Shown piece after piece: positions 1-9,911 of a DNA stretch of 64,000 nt (position 1 is the stretch's first letter; the number at the start of each line of letters is the position of its first letter). A model generated the notes under the pieces. That model was not told where the DNA came from. It worked only from the letters and a program-made list of their open reading frames with translations, and did not search any database. This DNA comes from Dehalococcoidia bacterium (GTDB taxonomy: Bacteria; Chloroflexota; Dehalococcoidia; Lucifugimonadales; HRBIN23), in contig JANXCH010000001.1 in the NCBI GenBank assembly GCA_025060295.1, positions 32,896 to 96,895 of the forward strand. Reading direction: 5' to 3'. A program made the position numbers and the translations under genes.

Positions 1-486
1 GCCCGCCAGGTGTTGGACGATACACGCCGGCGTGGGGTGGAGGTGAGTCTCCCTCAGGATGTGGTAGTGGCTCCCACCCTTGAGGCGGGTGCCCCCTATA
101 CCATTCTCCCTGTAACGGCCATTCCCGCCGACTGGCGGATTGTGGATGTGGGCCCCAGCACCGTGGCCCTTTTTGCCGTGCGCCTCGCACGCTGTAAGAC
201 CGTCGTCTGGAACGGCCCTGTGGGGGTGTTTGAGGTGCCCGCTTTTTCCCACGGCACCCGTGCCCTGGCCTATGCCCTGGCTGATCTGACCCAACGGCAA
301 GGCCTGGTGAGCATTGTGGGGGGCGGGTCTACCGCTGAAGCCGTTACCCAGGTGGGCCTTGTGGAGAAGATGTACCATGTCTCTACGGGCGGGGGGGCAT
401 CCTTGGAGTTCCTGGAGGGTAGGGAACTCCCCGGCGTGAGCGCCTTGTGGACAGTTGAGCAAGTGGCGAGGGGGCGGCGTGATTGA
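1..486 (+). CDS. pgk: phosphoglycerate kinase, C-terminal fragment (5' end outside window)
   Basis: The frame is open to the window edge. The translation carries C-terminal PGK hallmarks VVWNGPVGVFE, IVGGGSTAEAV and STGGGASLEFLEG. Confidence 0.9.
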   Translation, partial: ARQVLDDTRRRGVEVSLPQDVVVAPTLEAGAPYTILPVTAIPADWRIVDVGPSTVALFAVRLARCKTVVWNGPVGVFEVPAFSHGTRALAYALADLTQRQGLVSIVGGGSTAEAVTQVGLVEKMYHVSTGGGASLEFLEGRELPGVSALWTVEQVARGRRD

Positions 487-1684
487 TTTCCCCGGCCTGG
501 CAGACCTCCTCCTGGACTCGCCGAGCAAAATCTTGTTTCTGGTGGTGGACGGGTTGGGGGGGCTTCCCCATCCCGAGACGCGCCGTTCCGAACTGGAGAC
601 AGCCCACATTCCCCATTTGAACGCTTTGGCTAAGCAGAGCGCGTGCGGTCTGACGACTCCTGTCCTGCCCGGCATCACCCCGGGCAGTGGGCCGGGGCAT
701 TTAGCCTTGTTCGGCTATGACCCGCTGAAGTACACCATCGGGCGGGGGGTGTTGGAGGCATTGGGTATTGGCTTGGAGGTGCGCGCGGGTGATCTAGCGG
801 CGAGGGGCAACTTCTGCACGGTGAATGCCCAAGGCATCATCCTGGACCGACGGGCAGGGCGCATCTCTTCCGAGGAGAGCGCCCATTTGGTGCACCGTCT
901 GGCGGGCATCCGCCTCCCCGGGGTATACCTGGAGGTGCATCCCGTCAAGGAGCATCGCTTTGTGGTGCTCCTGCGGGGGGATGGCCTCTCCGAGGAGGTG
1001 TGCGATACAGACCCGGGACGCACCGGTGTTCCCCCTCGGGAGCCGACGGCCCTGTCCCCGCAAGGGGAGCGCACCGCCACCCTCGTGCGCACCTTCGTGC
1101 AGGAGGCGCGCCACCTTCTCCGCCACGAGCCAAAGGGGAATATGGTGCTCCTGCGGGGATGGTCGCGCCTGCCGGCTTTCCCCAACTTTGCCGAGACTTA
1201 TCGCCTGAGAGCGGCGGCGGTGGCAGCTTATCCGATGTATCGGGGTATTGCCCGGGTGTTGGGGATGCAGGTGCTCCCCACGGGAAACACCTTCGCCGAG
1301 GAGGTGGCCACTGTGCGGGAGCATTGGCACGCCTATGATTTCTTCTTCCTCCACTACAAGCCCGCCGATGCTGCGGGCGAGGATGGGGATTTTGCCAGTA
1401 AGGTGCGGGCATTAGAGGCTTTGGACGCCCATATCCCCGACCTTTTGGCGTTGCGTCCCGAGGTGTTGGTGGTGGCGGGCGACCACGCTACGCCGGCCCT
1501 GGTGGGAGGGCACTCGTGGCATCCCGTGCCCTTGCTCATTCACTCCCGCTACACAGTGGGCGAGGGAGTAGAAGGGTTCAATGAGAAGGCGTGTGCCCTG
1601 GGGTCTTTAGGGCGGTTGCCGGCCACAGCCGTTATGCTGCTCGTCTTGGCCCACGCCGGCCGCCTAGCCAAATACGGGGCGTAG
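479..1684 (+). CDS. apgM: cofactor-independent phosphoglycerate mutase, archaeal ApgM type
   Basis: LFLVVDGLGGLP, ETAHIPHLNALA, GITPGSGPGHLALFGYDP and AGDHATPA fit the ApgM/metalloenzyme family. GTG 479 follows GAGGGGG and overlaps the pgk stop by 8 nt; TTG 455 is the alternative start. Confidence 0.8.
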   Translation: MIDFPGLADLLLDSPSKILFLVVDGLGGLPHPETRRSELETAHIPHLNALAKQSACGLTTPVLPGITPGSGPGHLALFGYDPLKYTIGRGVLEALGIGLEVRAGDLAARGNFCTVNAQGIILDRRAGRISSEESAHLVHRLAGIRLPGVYLEVHPVKEHRFVVLLRGDGLSEEVCDTDPGRTGVPPREPTALSPQGERTATLVRTFVQEARHLLRHEPKGNMVLLRGWSRLPAFPNFAETYRLRAAAVAAYPMYRGIARVLGMQVLPTGNTFAEEVATVREHWHAYDFFFLHYKPADAAGEDGDFASKVRALEALDAHIPDLLALRPEVLVVAGDHATPALVGGHSWHPVPLLIHSRYTVGEGVEGFNEKACALGSLGRLPATAVMLLVLAHAGRLAKYGA

Positions 1685-1693
1685 GAGGCAACG

Positions 1694-2455
1694 GTGCCCA
1701 TCCCTATGCTGGTTGGTAATTGGAAGATGCATACCACTGTTGATGAGGCGGTGGCCCTGGCTCAGGCCATCCGCTCTCAACTGCATGACCCTCCCCATGT
1801 GCTGACAGTGCTGTGCCCGCCCTTTATCTCCCTGGTGCCGGTGGCTCAACTGCTCCAAGGCTCCACCATCGCCCTGGGGGCACAAAACATGCACTACGAG
1901 GCCAAAGGGGCTTTTACAGGCGAAATCTCTCCGGCGATGCTGAAAGACTGGTGCCAGTTTGTGATTTTGGGCCATTCGGAGCGTCGCCACATCTTTGGGG
2001 AGAGCGATGAGGTGGTCAATCGCAAGGTGAAGGCGGCTTTGGCGTGGGGGTTACGCCCCATTTTATGCGTGGGGGAGACCTTGCCTGAGCGCCAGGCGGG
2101 GCAGGCGGTGGCGGTGGTGCGCCAACAGGTGGAGCGGGCATTAGAGGGGGTGGCCGATTGTAACGGGCTGGTGGTCGCCTATGAGCCGGTATGGGCCATC
2201 GGCACAGGGATGCCCGCTACCCCCGAGGCGGCTGAGGAGATGATGGTGGAAGGGGTGCTGCGTGGCTTGGCGAGCCTTTTCGGGGAGCACAATGCTGTGA
2301 AGGTGCCGCTCCTCTACGGGGGGAGCGTGACACCGGAGAACCTGGAGGGGTTTGTACGCCAGCCGGCCATTCACGGAGCGTTGGTGGGGGGGGCCAGTCT
2401 GCGGGCCGACGCCTTTTGTGCGATGGTGCGGATCGTGGAGCGGGTGCGGGGGTAA
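1694..2455 (+). CDS. tpiA: triosephosphate isomerase
   Basis: Motifs VGNWKMH, ILGHSERR, AYEPVWAIGTG and LYGGSV. The GTG start lies 5 nt after AGGAGG. Confidence 0.95.
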   Translation: MPIPMLVGNWKMHTTVDEAVALAQAIRSQLHDPPHVLTVLCPPFISLVPVAQLLQGSTIALGAQNMHYEAKGAFTGEISPAMLKDWCQFVILGHSERRHIFGESDEVVNRKVKAALAWGLRPILCVGETLPERQAGQAVAVVRQQVERALEGVADCNGLVVAYEPVWAIGTGMPATPEAAEEMMVEGVLRGLASLFGEHNAVKVPLLYGGSVTPENLEGFVRQPAIHGALVGGASLRADAFCAMVRIVERVRG

Positions 2456-2460
2456 AGGGG

Positions 2461-3399
2461 GTGCCGGCTCCCGCCAGTAAGCCTCCGCTTCTGGCCATCG
2501 TCGGCCCCACGGGCACAGGGAAAAGCGCTCTTGCTGTGGTTTTGGCCCGCCACTTCCGAGGCGAAATTGTTAACGCCGATAGCGGGCAGGTCTATCGGGG
2601 ATTGGACATCGGCACCGCTAAGCCCCCTCCCCAAGTGCGTCAGGAGATTCCCCACCACCTTTACGACCTGGTGAATCCCGACGAGCCCTTCAGCCTGGGC
2701 CTGTATGTGCGCCTGGCGCGGGAGACGATCGCCGATATCCACTCTAGGGGTGCCCTGCCCATTTTAGTGGGGGCGTCGGGGCAGTATGTATGGGCGCTTT
2801 TGGAGGGCTGGGAGGTGCCTGAGGTGCCGCCCCAGCCCTCCCTGCGCGCCGCACTGCTCGCGAAGGCTCAACTGGAGGGCCCCGACGCCCTTTATGCCCT
2901 GCTGCAACGCCTGGATCCCCACGCGGCGCAGCACATTGACTCCCGCAACCTGCGACGCGTCGTTCGTGCCTTGGAGGTGTGCCTCACCTCGGGCAAACCT
3001 TTCTCGGCGTTGCGGCGAAGGGGGGAGGTGCCTTGGCGCTGGCTGGCCCTGGGCTTGACCTATCCGACCCGTCAAGCCCTCTATCAGGCTTTGGACCAGC
3101 GGGTGGAAGCCATGTTGGAGGGGGGCTGGCTGGAGGAAATCAGGGGCCTTCTGGCGCAGGGTTATAGCCCTGACCTCCCCGTATTGGCCCGCCTGGGGTA
3201 TCGCCCTGTTATGTTGGCGGTGCAGGGGCGCATGTCCCTAGAGGAAGCGGTGGCACAGGTGAAACGGCTCCACCGGGTTGTGGCGCGGCGGGCTTACACC
3301 TGGTTCCGCCCTGATGATCCTCGCATCCGTTGGCTTGTGGTGAGCCCTGAGCTAGCCCAGCAGGCCCAGGATGTGGTGAGGACCTTTCTCGGCCAATAG
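2461..3399 (+). CDS. miaA: tRNA dimethylallyltransferase
   Basis: P-loop IVGPTGTGKSALAV followed by NADSGQVYRGLDIGTAKP. The start is ambiguous: GTG 2461, or TTG 2416 which would overlap tpiA. Confidence 0.9.
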   Translation: MPAPASKPPLLAIVGPTGTGKSALAVVLARHFRGEIVNADSGQVYRGLDIGTAKPPPQVRQEIPHHLYDLVNPDEPFSLGLYVRLARETIADIHSRGALPILVGASGQYVWALLEGWEVPEVPPQPSLRAALLAKAQLEGPDALYALLQRLDPHAAQHIDSRNLRRVVRALEVCLTSGKPFSALRRRGEVPWRWLALGLTYPTRQALYQALDQRVEAMLEGGWLEEIRGLLAQGYSPDLPVLARLGYRPVMLAVQGRMSLEEAVAQVKRLHRVVARRAYTWFRPDDPRIRWLVVSPELAQQAQDVVRTFLGQ

Positions 3400-3431
3400 G
3401 TGCATTCGTGTCCGTGCCCCAAGGCGACGGC

Positions 3432-4760
3432 TTAGGGGAGGCGCAGGCGCTCTTCCAGGTGCTTCTCCAGGTCGGCGATGGGCAGGCGCACCTGGGCCAT
3501 ACTGTCCCTATCACGGATGGTAACCTGCTGGTCTTCTAGGGATTGGAAGTCGATGGTGATGCAGTAAGGGGTGCCGATTTCATCAAAACGGCGATAGCGC
3601 CGTCCGATGCTTTGGGCATCGTCGTAGGCCACCGTCCAGCGTCCCAAGCCTTTCAGGGATACATAGATTTGACGGGCCAGGGGCACCAGGCGTTCGTTGC
3701 GACTGAGGGGCAAAACGGCGACCTTGATGGGCGCCAAGGCGGGATGTAAACGCAACACCACTCGTACCTCGTCCTTGTCCGGCTCCTCAGTGTAGGCGTC
3801 GATCAGGAAGGCCAGAGCGGCGCGGTCCACTCCGCCCGAGGGTTCAATGATGTAGGGGACGAGGTGCTGTTTGGTCTCTTCATCAAAGTAGGTGAGGCGT
3901 TCCCCACTGAACTGGGAGTGGCGCTGGAGGTCAAAGTCGGTGCGGTTGGCGATGCCTTCTAGTTCTGCCCAGCCCCAGGGGAAACGGTATTCGATGTCCA
4001 CAGTGGCCTTGGCGTAGTGGGCCAGTTCCCCTTGGGCGTGCTCCCGCAGGCGCAAGTTCTCCCGGCGGATGCCGTAGCGCAGATACCAGTTGTACCGCTC
4101 CTCCACCCACCGCCGGTGCCACACCTCGTCTTCACCTGGCTTCACAAAGTACTCGATCTCCATCTGCTCAAACTCACGGGTGCGGAAGGTGAAGTTGCCC
4201 GGGGTGATTTCGTTGCGAAAGGCCTTACCTATCTGGGCGATGCCGAAGGGGAGGCGCTTCCGAGTGGCATTCAGCACATTCAGGAAGTTTACAAAAATGC
4301 CTTGCGCCGTTTCCGGGCGCAGGTAGACCACATGGGCAGAGTCTTCTACGGGCCCCATGAAGGTCTTGAACATCAAGTTGAACATGCGCGGCTCGGTGAG
4401 GGGGCCACCACAATCGGGGCAGCGCTGCGGGTCGGCCAGGTCAGAGGGACGCCAGCGGGTGTGGCAGGCCTTGCACTCGGCTAGGGGGTCAACGAAACTC
4501 TCTAGGTGGCCACTCGCCTCCCAGACCCTGGGGTGCATCAGGATTGCGGCGTCCAGGCCCACCATGTCGTCCCTTTTGAGCACATTGTCCCGCCACCAGA
4601 GGTCTTTAATGGCCCGCTTCAGTTCCACCCCTAGGGGGCCGTAATCCCATGTGCTTCCCAAGCCCCCGTAAATTTCACTACTGGGGAAGATGATGCCCCG
4701 CCGTTTACACAGGGAGACGATTTTCTCCATGTCCACGGCTGGAGGGGGATGGTGGGTCAT
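3432..4760 (-). CDS. glyQS: glycine--tRNA ligase (homodimeric GlyQS type)
   Basis: N-terminus CKRRGIIFPSSEIYGGLGSTWDYGPLG, a class II core, and a C-terminal anticodon-binding region. ATG 4760 has GGAGG 7 nt upstream. Confidence 0.93.
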   Translation of the reverse strand: MTHHPPPAVDMEKIVSLCKRRGIIFPSSEIYGGLGSTWDYGPLGVELKRAIKDLWWRDNVLKRDDMVGLDAAILMHPRVWEASGHLESFVDPLAECKACHTRWRPSDLADPQRCPDCGGPLTEPRMFNLMFKTFMGPVEDSAHVVYLRPETAQGIFVNFLNVLNATRKRLPFGIAQIGKAFRNEITPGNFTFRTREFEQMEIEYFVKPGEDEVWHRRWVEERYNWYLRYGIRRENLRLREHAQGELAHYAKATVDIEYRFPWGWAELEGIANRTDFDLQRHSQFSGERLTYFDEETKQHLVPYIIEPSGGVDRAALAFLIDAYTEEPDKDEVRVVLRLHPALAPIKVAVLPLSRNERLVPLARQIYVSLKGLGRWTVAYDDAQSIGRRYRRFDEIGTPYCITIDFQSLEDQQVTIRDRDSMAQVRLPIADLEKHLEERLRLP

Positions 4761-4793
4761 CTTCTAGCCTCCGGAGGGAGCACACCTAGGGTG

Positions 4794-4822
4794 AGGGTAG
4801 CAAAGGGCCTCTCCCCTGTCAA
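4794..4822 (-). promoter_or_regulatory. putative sigma-70-type promoter for glyQS (TTGACA-17-TACCCT)
   Basis: On the minus strand TTGACA (4822..4817) is followed by a 17-nt spacer and TACCCT (4799..4794), about 35 nt upstream of the glyQS start. Confidence 0.4.
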
Positions 4823-4863
4823 AAAGTGCGTGTGTGGTGTAGGACACCTGCGCCTGACGCCTT

Positions 4864-5082
4864 TCAGGCCGACGCGGGGCGCCGCTGGCGACGGGCAGGG
4901 GTCTGGGGCGTCTCGGTGCGTTGCTGGGGTGTGGAGGCCGAACAGTCGTCACAGAGGCGATAGGTGGTCTGGCGCTGAAGGCCGGGCAAAAGATATCGTC
5001 CTAGCACCTTGTGGCAGTTGTGGCACACCACCGTCCACCACACCTTGCGGTGGGGGGCGCGCCAACCCGAAATGGCTGGCAT
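4864..5082 (-). CDS. small zinc-ribbon protein (72 aa), hypothetical
   Basis: This is the C-terminal part of the spurious 229-aa ORF 4864..5553. An internal ATG at 5082 is preceded by GAGGAAGGG. The product MPAISGWRAPHRKVWWTVVCHNCHKV...YRLCDDCS has CxxC-x20-CxxC, a basic tail and GC3-rich codons. Confidence 0.45.
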   Translation of the reverse strand: MPAISGWRAPHRKVWWTVVCHNCHKVLGRYLLPGLQRQTTYRLCDDCSASTPQQRTETPQTPARRQRRPASA

Positions 5083-5150
5083 ATCCCTTCCTCGCACGAA
5101 TTTGTCTGGTTTTAGTATATCCCAGGGGGGCCACAGACAGGCAAGGGCTG

Positions 5151-5156
5151 TATAAT
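5151..5156 (+). promoter_or_regulatory. putative -10 element (TATAAT) upstream of the hydrolase gene
   Basis: A perfect TATAAT lies 20 nt upstream of ATG 5176. I found no convincing -35 element. Confidence 0.3.
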
Positions 5157-5175
5157 CCTCTGAAGGGGGTGTGGC

Positions 5176-5952
5176 ATGCCGACGGCGCGGATCAACGGTA
5201 TCCAGCTCTACTATGAAGTGCACGGGCAGGGGCCAGCGGTGGTGTTCGCCCACGGGGCGGGGGGGAACCACCTGAGCTGGTGGCAACAGGTGCCCGTCTT
5301 CTCCCAACGTTATACCTGCATTACCTTTGACCACAGATCCTACGGACAGTCCGTGGATGACCCGGCTGGGGTGGGCATGCGGGGCTTTGTGGACGACCTG
5401 CGGGCGTTGCTGGACCACTTGGGTATTCGGGATGTCTACTTGGTGGCCCAGAGCATGGGGGGCTTCACCTGTTTGGGGTTTGCCGTGCGCTGGCCTGAAC
5501 GGGTGAAGGCCCTCGTGCTGGCTGACACTACCGGGGGGATTGCGGATCTGCAACTCTTGCGTCAGCAGCGGGAGAGGCGGCAGGCCCCCGATTACCCCAA
5601 AGACCTCCTAGCGCGCGTCTTATCGGCTGGGTTTCGCCGGCGCTATCCTGAGCGGGCCTTTCTTTACGCCCAGGTCTCCGCCCTCAATCCGCCGCGACCA
5701 GAGAACTTTTTAGAGCCCCTTTGGAATGGGGAAGGGCCCACGGCTGAGGAGGTGGCCCGCCTCCGGGTGCCCGTGCTCCTGATCGGGGGAGCGGAGGATC
5801 CCCTGACCACACCCGATATCATGCGCCTGGTGCACAAACTTATCCCCTCCTCGCGGTTAGTGCTGGTGCCAGGAGCAGGCCATTCAGTCTACTGGGAGAA
5901 GCCAGGGATATTCAATCGCCTGGTGCAAACCTTTTTTGACCGTGTTACCTAA
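5176..5952 (+). CDS. alpha/beta-fold hydrolase
   Basis: N-terminal HGAGGN oxyanion region, nucleophile elbow AQSMGG, and C-terminal GAGHSVYWEKP. Confidence 0.8.
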   Translation: MPTARINGIQLYYEVHGQGPAVVFAHGAGGNHLSWWQQVPVFSQRYTCITFDHRSYGQSVDDPAGVGMRGFVDDLRALLDHLGIRDVYLVAQSMGGFTCLGFAVRWPERVKALVLADTTGGIADLQLLRQQRERRQAPDYPKDLLARVLSAGFRRRYPERAFLYAQVSALNPPRPENFLEPLWNGEGPTAEEVARLRVPVLLIGGAEDPLTTPDIMRLVHKLIPSSRLVLVPGAGHSVYWEKPGIFNRLVQTFFDRVT

Positions 5953-5964
5953 AAGGAGGCGCCC

Positions 5965-7290
5965 ATGTTGTTTGAGGCGGAAGGGCGGGACTTCGCCTTC
6001 GCCGCTACAGGCGATGCCATGATCACCCGCCCCTTGCGGGTGCACCGCGAAGATCGTTTCTTGGGTTTGGTGAACCTCCTCCGGAGCGCCGACGCAGCCT
6101 TCACCAACTTGGAGATGTTGTTCCACGATTACGAGGGAAGCCCCGGCTTTCAGACGGGCACCTATACTCGCTCCGACCCTGCCAACCTGGAGGAGCTCAA
6201 GTGGATGGGCTTCCAGATGGTCTCCTGCGCCAATAACCACGCCTTTGACTACGGGGAAGTAGGCTTGCTGACGACGCGGGAGCATCTGCGCCGGGTGGGG
6301 CTGGTGGCTGCGGGCACCGGGCGCAACCTGGCGGAAGCCCGCGCTCCTGCCTACTTGGAGACCCCTAAAGGACGCGTCGCCCTCCTTTCGGTTACTTCTA
6401 CCTTCCCCGAGCACGCCCGCGCGGGCGACCAACGCCCCGATATGCAGGGACGGCCCGGGGTCAGCGCCCTCGGCTATCAGGCCATCTACACGGTGGATCG
6501 TGAGGCTATGGCCCACCTTCGGCGTATCAGCCAAGCGCTGGGTTTTGAGGAGGAGAAGGAGTATCAGCGCCAGTTCGGGTTCACGGGGAATATTCCCCAG
6601 GATACGGACACCGACTTCCACTTCCTGGGGCGCAAGTTCCGGGTGGGGCAAGGCTTCGCCGTCCACACCCTGCCCCAAGATGGGGATGTGCAGGACATCC
6701 TGCGCTGGGTGCGCGACGCCCGTCGGATGGCCGACTGGGTGGTGATGAGCCTGCACAGCCACGAGAGCGGGGCCACCCGCGACGAGCCGGCCGAGTTCGT
6801 GCGCACCTTCGCCCGCCTGTGCATCGATAACGGGGTGGACATCTTCGTGGGGCACGGCCCCCACTTTCTGCGGGGTATCGAAATTTACAAGGGTAAGCCT
6901 ATTTTTTACAGCCTGGGCAACTTCATCTTCCAGAACGACACGGTCTATAAACTCCCCCAGGACGCCTACACACGCTTCGGGTTGGGCTACGACGCCACTC
7001 CTGCGGACTTCTTTGAGGCCCGCACCGCCGGCGATACCCGGGGGTTCCCCGCCAATCCTGTCTATTGGGAGACGGTCGTGGCAGTTACCCACTTTAGGGC
7101 GGGGCGGTTGGAAGAGGTGCGCCTGTACCCGTGCGAACTGGGGGTGGGACGCCCCCGCTCCCAACGGGGACGGCCCCTGCTGGCCTCCCCCGAGGCGGGT
7201 GCCCGATGCCTGGAGCGGTTGGCCCGCCTGTGCCAGCCCTTGGGCACCGACCTGCGCCTGGTGGACGGGGTGGGTATCGTGCGCCCCTAG
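5965..7290 (+). CDS. CapA-family (poly-gamma-glutamate synthesis / metallophosphoesterase-like) protein
   Basis: GDAMITRP, SCANNHAFDYG..GL..T...L...G, SLHSHES, GHGPH and YSLGNF match the CapA/PgsA-type metallophosphatase pattern. Confidence 0.7.
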   Translation: MLFEAEGRDFAFAATGDAMITRPLRVHREDRFLGLVNLLRSADAAFTNLEMLFHDYEGSPGFQTGTYTRSDPANLEELKWMGFQMVSCANNHAFDYGEVGLLTTREHLRRVGLVAAGTGRNLAEARAPAYLETPKGRVALLSVTSTFPEHARAGDQRPDMQGRPGVSALGYQAIYTVDREAMAHLRRISQALGFEEEKEYQRQFGFTGNIPQDTDTDFHFLGRKFRVGQGFAVHTLPQDGDVQDILRWVRDARRMADWVVMSLHSHESGATRDEPAEFVRTFARLCIDNGVDIFVGHGPHFLRGIEIYKGKPIFYSLGNFIFQNDTVYKLPQDAYTRFGLGYDATPADFFEARTAGDTRGFPANPVYWETVVAVTHFRAGRLEEVRLYPCELGVGRPRSQRGRPLLASPEAGARCLERLARLCQPLGTDLRLVDGVGIVRP

Positions 7291-7492
7291 ACGGGGAAAT
7301 GGCCCGGCTGAGATCCTCCTAGAAAGGGTTATTGATTGGGACGCGCTTCACACCGCTCAGGGGGAGGTTGTCATCTTTGCTGGCCCTGGGAGCATCCTCA
7401 CCCTCTTCTCTGGGACAAGGGTGAGGGAGAGGCCCTATTAGCGCGTCAGGGCGCAGAAGGCCGGGGCGCTCTGTCCAAGCCTTTGGTGTGTC

Positions 7493-7521
7493 CTTGACCG
7501 TCTCGGGGGGGGCTGGTAGAC
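7493..7521 (+). promoter_or_regulatory. putative promoter (TTGACC-17-TAGACT) for the IMPDH-family gene
   Basis: TTGACC at 7493..7498, a 17-nt spacer, and TAGACT at 7516..7521. It lies inside the 5' end of ORF 7488..8702, which argues for a downstream start codon. Confidence 0.4.
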
Positions 7522-7553
7522 TAGTGGCAATACCATATGCCAGCCCTGACGGA

Positions 7554-8702
7554 ATGGGGGTGGGCATGTTCCAGTTCAAAGAAATCCGTCGTGCCTACGG
7601 GTTTGATGAGGTGGCCATCGTCCCCGGCCAGGTTACCATCAACCCCGACCAGACCAACATTGAGTTCCAGTTGGGCCCCCATCGCTTCGCCATTCCTTTC
7701 CTGGCATCCTCTATGGATGCCGTGGTCAGCCCCTCCTTTGCCATTGCTATGGGCAAGGCGGGGGGACTGGCCGTTTTGAACCTCGAGGGGGTGTGGACCC
7801 GCTACGAGGATGCCGATGCGGTGCTCCAACAGATTGCCGAGGCTCCCCCGGGGGAGGTAACAACCCTCCTCCAGAAGATTTACAGCGCTCCCCTGAAAGA
7901 GCACCTAGTCGGCCAGCGCATCCGAGAGATCAAAGCGGGGGGTGTGGTGTGCGCAGTGGCGGTAACACCCCAAAACACCAAGCGCCTTGCCCCCCTGGCC
8001 GTTGAGGCGGGGGCGGACATCTTGGTGGTGCAGGCCACTGTTACCACGGCCCGCCACATCTCCAAAAGTTATCGGGGGCTTATCTTTTCCGAACTGGTGC
8101 AGCAGGTGAACATCCCTGTCCTGGTGGGCAACTGCGTTACCTACAGTGCTGCCCTGGAACTGATGGAGACGGGGATTCACGGCATCTTGGTGGGGGTGGG
8201 ACCGGGGGCAGCCTGCACCACACGGGAGGTGGTGGGTGTGGGAGTCCCCCAGGTAACGGCCACGATGGATTGCGCTGCTGCCCGGGAGGAATACTATCGC
8301 CAAACGGGGCGGTATGTGGTGGTCATCACCGACGGGGGCATGCGCACGGGTGGGGAGGTGTGTAAGGCCTTTGCGTCGGGGGCCGATGCGGTGATGCTGG
8401 GCACCCCCTTCGCCCAGGCCAAGGAGGCCCCAGGCAGGGGCTATAACTGGGGGATGGCGACTTCTCACCCCGCCCTCCCGCGGGGCACGCGGGTGAAGGT
8501 GGGGACGAAGGGCACCTTGCAGGAGATCCTGTTCGGCCCCTCGCGGGTAACCGACGGCACCATGAACCTGGTGGGGGCGTTGCGGGTGGGCATGGGGATG
8601 GTGGGGGCTTTCACTATTCGCGACTTCCAGAGGGCGGAGCTGGTCTACGCCCCCGACATCAAGACCGAGGGGAAGGCCTACCAGTTGGCCCAGCGTGCCT
8701 AA
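7554..8702 (+). CDS. IMP dehydrogenase-family protein, GuaB3-like (no CBS insert)
   Basis: [14 protein letters not shown], a TIM-barrel IMPDH core ([26 protein letters not shown]), and no CBS pair. The start is ATG 7554 or 7566, chosen downstream of the predicted promoter. Confidence 0.8.
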   Translation: MGVGMFQFKEIRRAYGFDEVAIVPGQVTINPDQTNIEFQLGPHRFAIPFLASSMDAVVSPSFAIAMGKAGGLAVLNLEGVWTRYEDADAVLQQIAEAPPGEVTTLLQKIYSAPLKEHLVGQRIREIKAGGVVCAVAVTPQNTKRLAPLAVEAGADILVVQATVTTARHISKSYRGLIFSELVQQVNIPVLVGNCVTYSAALELMETGIHGILVGVGPGAACTTREVVGVGVPQVTATMDCAAAREEYYRQTGRYVVVITDGGMRTGGEVCKAFASGADAVMLGTPFAQAKEAPGRGYNWGMATSHPALPRGTRVKVGTKGTLQEILFGPSRVTDGTMNLVGALRVGMGMVGAFTIRDFQRAELVYAPDIKTEGKAYQLAQRA

Positions 8703-8717
8703 CCCAAGGAGGTGCCT

Positions 8718-9041
8718 GTGCTCTATGAACTGCGCATTTACGAGGCCATGCCCGGCAAACTGCCCGCCTTGAACAATCGCTTCGCCACCATCACCATCCC
8801 CATGTGGAAGAAGCACGGCATTCGCCCTGTGGCCTTCTGGACAGAGGACATCGGCACCAGTAACCAACTGGTCTACCTTCTGGCTTGGGAGAGCCTGGCC
8901 GAGCGGGAGCAGAAGTGGACGGCCTTCCAAAACGACCCCGAATGGCAAGCCCTCCGTGCCCAAACGGAACAAGACGGTCCCCTGGTGGCCCGTATTCATA
9001 ACCGCATCCTGCACCCCACGCCCTATTCCCCCATGCAGTAG
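8718..9041 (+). CDS. NIPSNAP-family protein
   Basis: YELRIYEAMPGK...F....IP.W.KHGI.PV.FW......NQLVYLLAW.S...RE..W..F..DPEW is the dimeric alpha/beta-barrel NIPSNAP pattern. GTG 8718 lies 5 nt after AAGGAGG. Confidence 0.75.
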   Translation: MLYELRIYEAMPGKLPALNNRFATITIPMWKKHGIRPVAFWTEDIGTSNQLVYLLAWESLAEREQKWTAFQNDPEWQALRAQTEQDGPLVARIHNRILHPTPYSPMQ

Positions 9042-9047
9042 GCCCCT

Positions 9048-9911
9048 ATGGAGCCTGCGGAGCGGTGGGTCACCGCCAACGGCTTGCGTGTGCATCTTTT
9101 GGAGTGGGGGCGAGGGCCATCTACGGCCCTCTTGGTGCACGCCACCGGCTTCTGTGCACTGACGTGGGCACCGGTGGCTGAGGTGTTGGCCCAACACAGG
9201 TGGCGTGTGCTGGCCCCCGACCTGCGGGGGCACGGCCTCACCGAGAAAGCCGTCGGCCCCGACCTACGGTGGAGCCTACTGGCTCAAGACCTGGCCTGCT
9301 TGATGGATGTTCTGGACTTGCGGGATGCCTTTCTGGTTGGCCATTCCCGTGGAGGGGGTGTAGTGCTCCTGGCGGGTCCCTGGATAGGGCATCGGGTGCG
9401 GGCTATGGTTCTGGTGGAGCCGTCGGCCATCATGCGGGGCAACGCCTCCCAGGTCAACACCTTTCTGGCAGCCCAGGCGCGTCAGCGGCGGGCGGTGTTT
9501 GGGAGTTTGGCCGAGGCTTTCGCCCACTATAAAGGGCGGGGGGCTTTCCGGCGCTGGCCCGATGCCAGCCTGTGGCTCTACCTGAAGGGAGGATTTGCCC
9601 CTCAAGCGGATGGAAGTGTGGCCCTCTTGTGCACCCCCGACACGGAGGCCAGGTTTTATGAGGCGGTAATGGATGTGGATAAGGATATGGCCTTCCATTC
9701 CATCCGTTGGCCGGTGCTTGTGGTGCGGGGGACTGAGAGCGACCGCTTCCGCTTTGACATGCCCGCCTTCCAACACTTCCTTCAGCAGGTGCACGGCCCT
9801 GTGCGCACGGCCGAAATCCCCGGCGCTGACCACTTCGTCCCTATGGAACAGCCTGAGGTGCTAGCACGGCTCATTCTGGATTTCTTTAAGGAAGTGGGCG
9901 CACCGGTATGA
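9048..9911 (+). CDS. alpha/beta-fold hydrolase
   Basis: HATGFCA oxyanion region, nucleophile elbow GHSRGG, and C-terminal GADHFVPMEQP. Confidence 0.8.
   Translation: MEPAERWVTANGLRVHLLEWGRGPSTALLVHATGFCALTWAPVAEVLAQHRWRVLAPDLRGHGLTEKAVGPDLRWSLLAQDLACLMDVLDLRDAFLVGHSRGGGVVLLAGPWIGHRVRAMVLVEPSAIMRGNASQVNTFLAAQARQRRAVFGSLAEAFAHYKGRGAFRRWPDASLWLYLKGGFAPQADGSVALLCTPDTEARFYEAVMDVDKDMAFHSIRWPVLVVRGTESDRFRFDMPAFQHFLQQVHGPVRTAEIPGADHFVPMEQPEVLARLILDFFKEVGAPV

Noticed and set aside
5884-7164. 426-aa ORF antisense to the CapA-family gene. Similar long antisense ORFs occur at 7905..9233, 18748..19926, 25126..26049, 26253..27383 and 40050..41186.
   Set aside because: These are shadow ORFs typical of GC-rich DNA. 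Their translations are Arg/Gly/Pro/His-rich with no recognisable motifs, whereas the opposite strand encodes clearly recognisable proteins (CapA, GuaB3, CoxL, NuoB/C/D, TrpB2).
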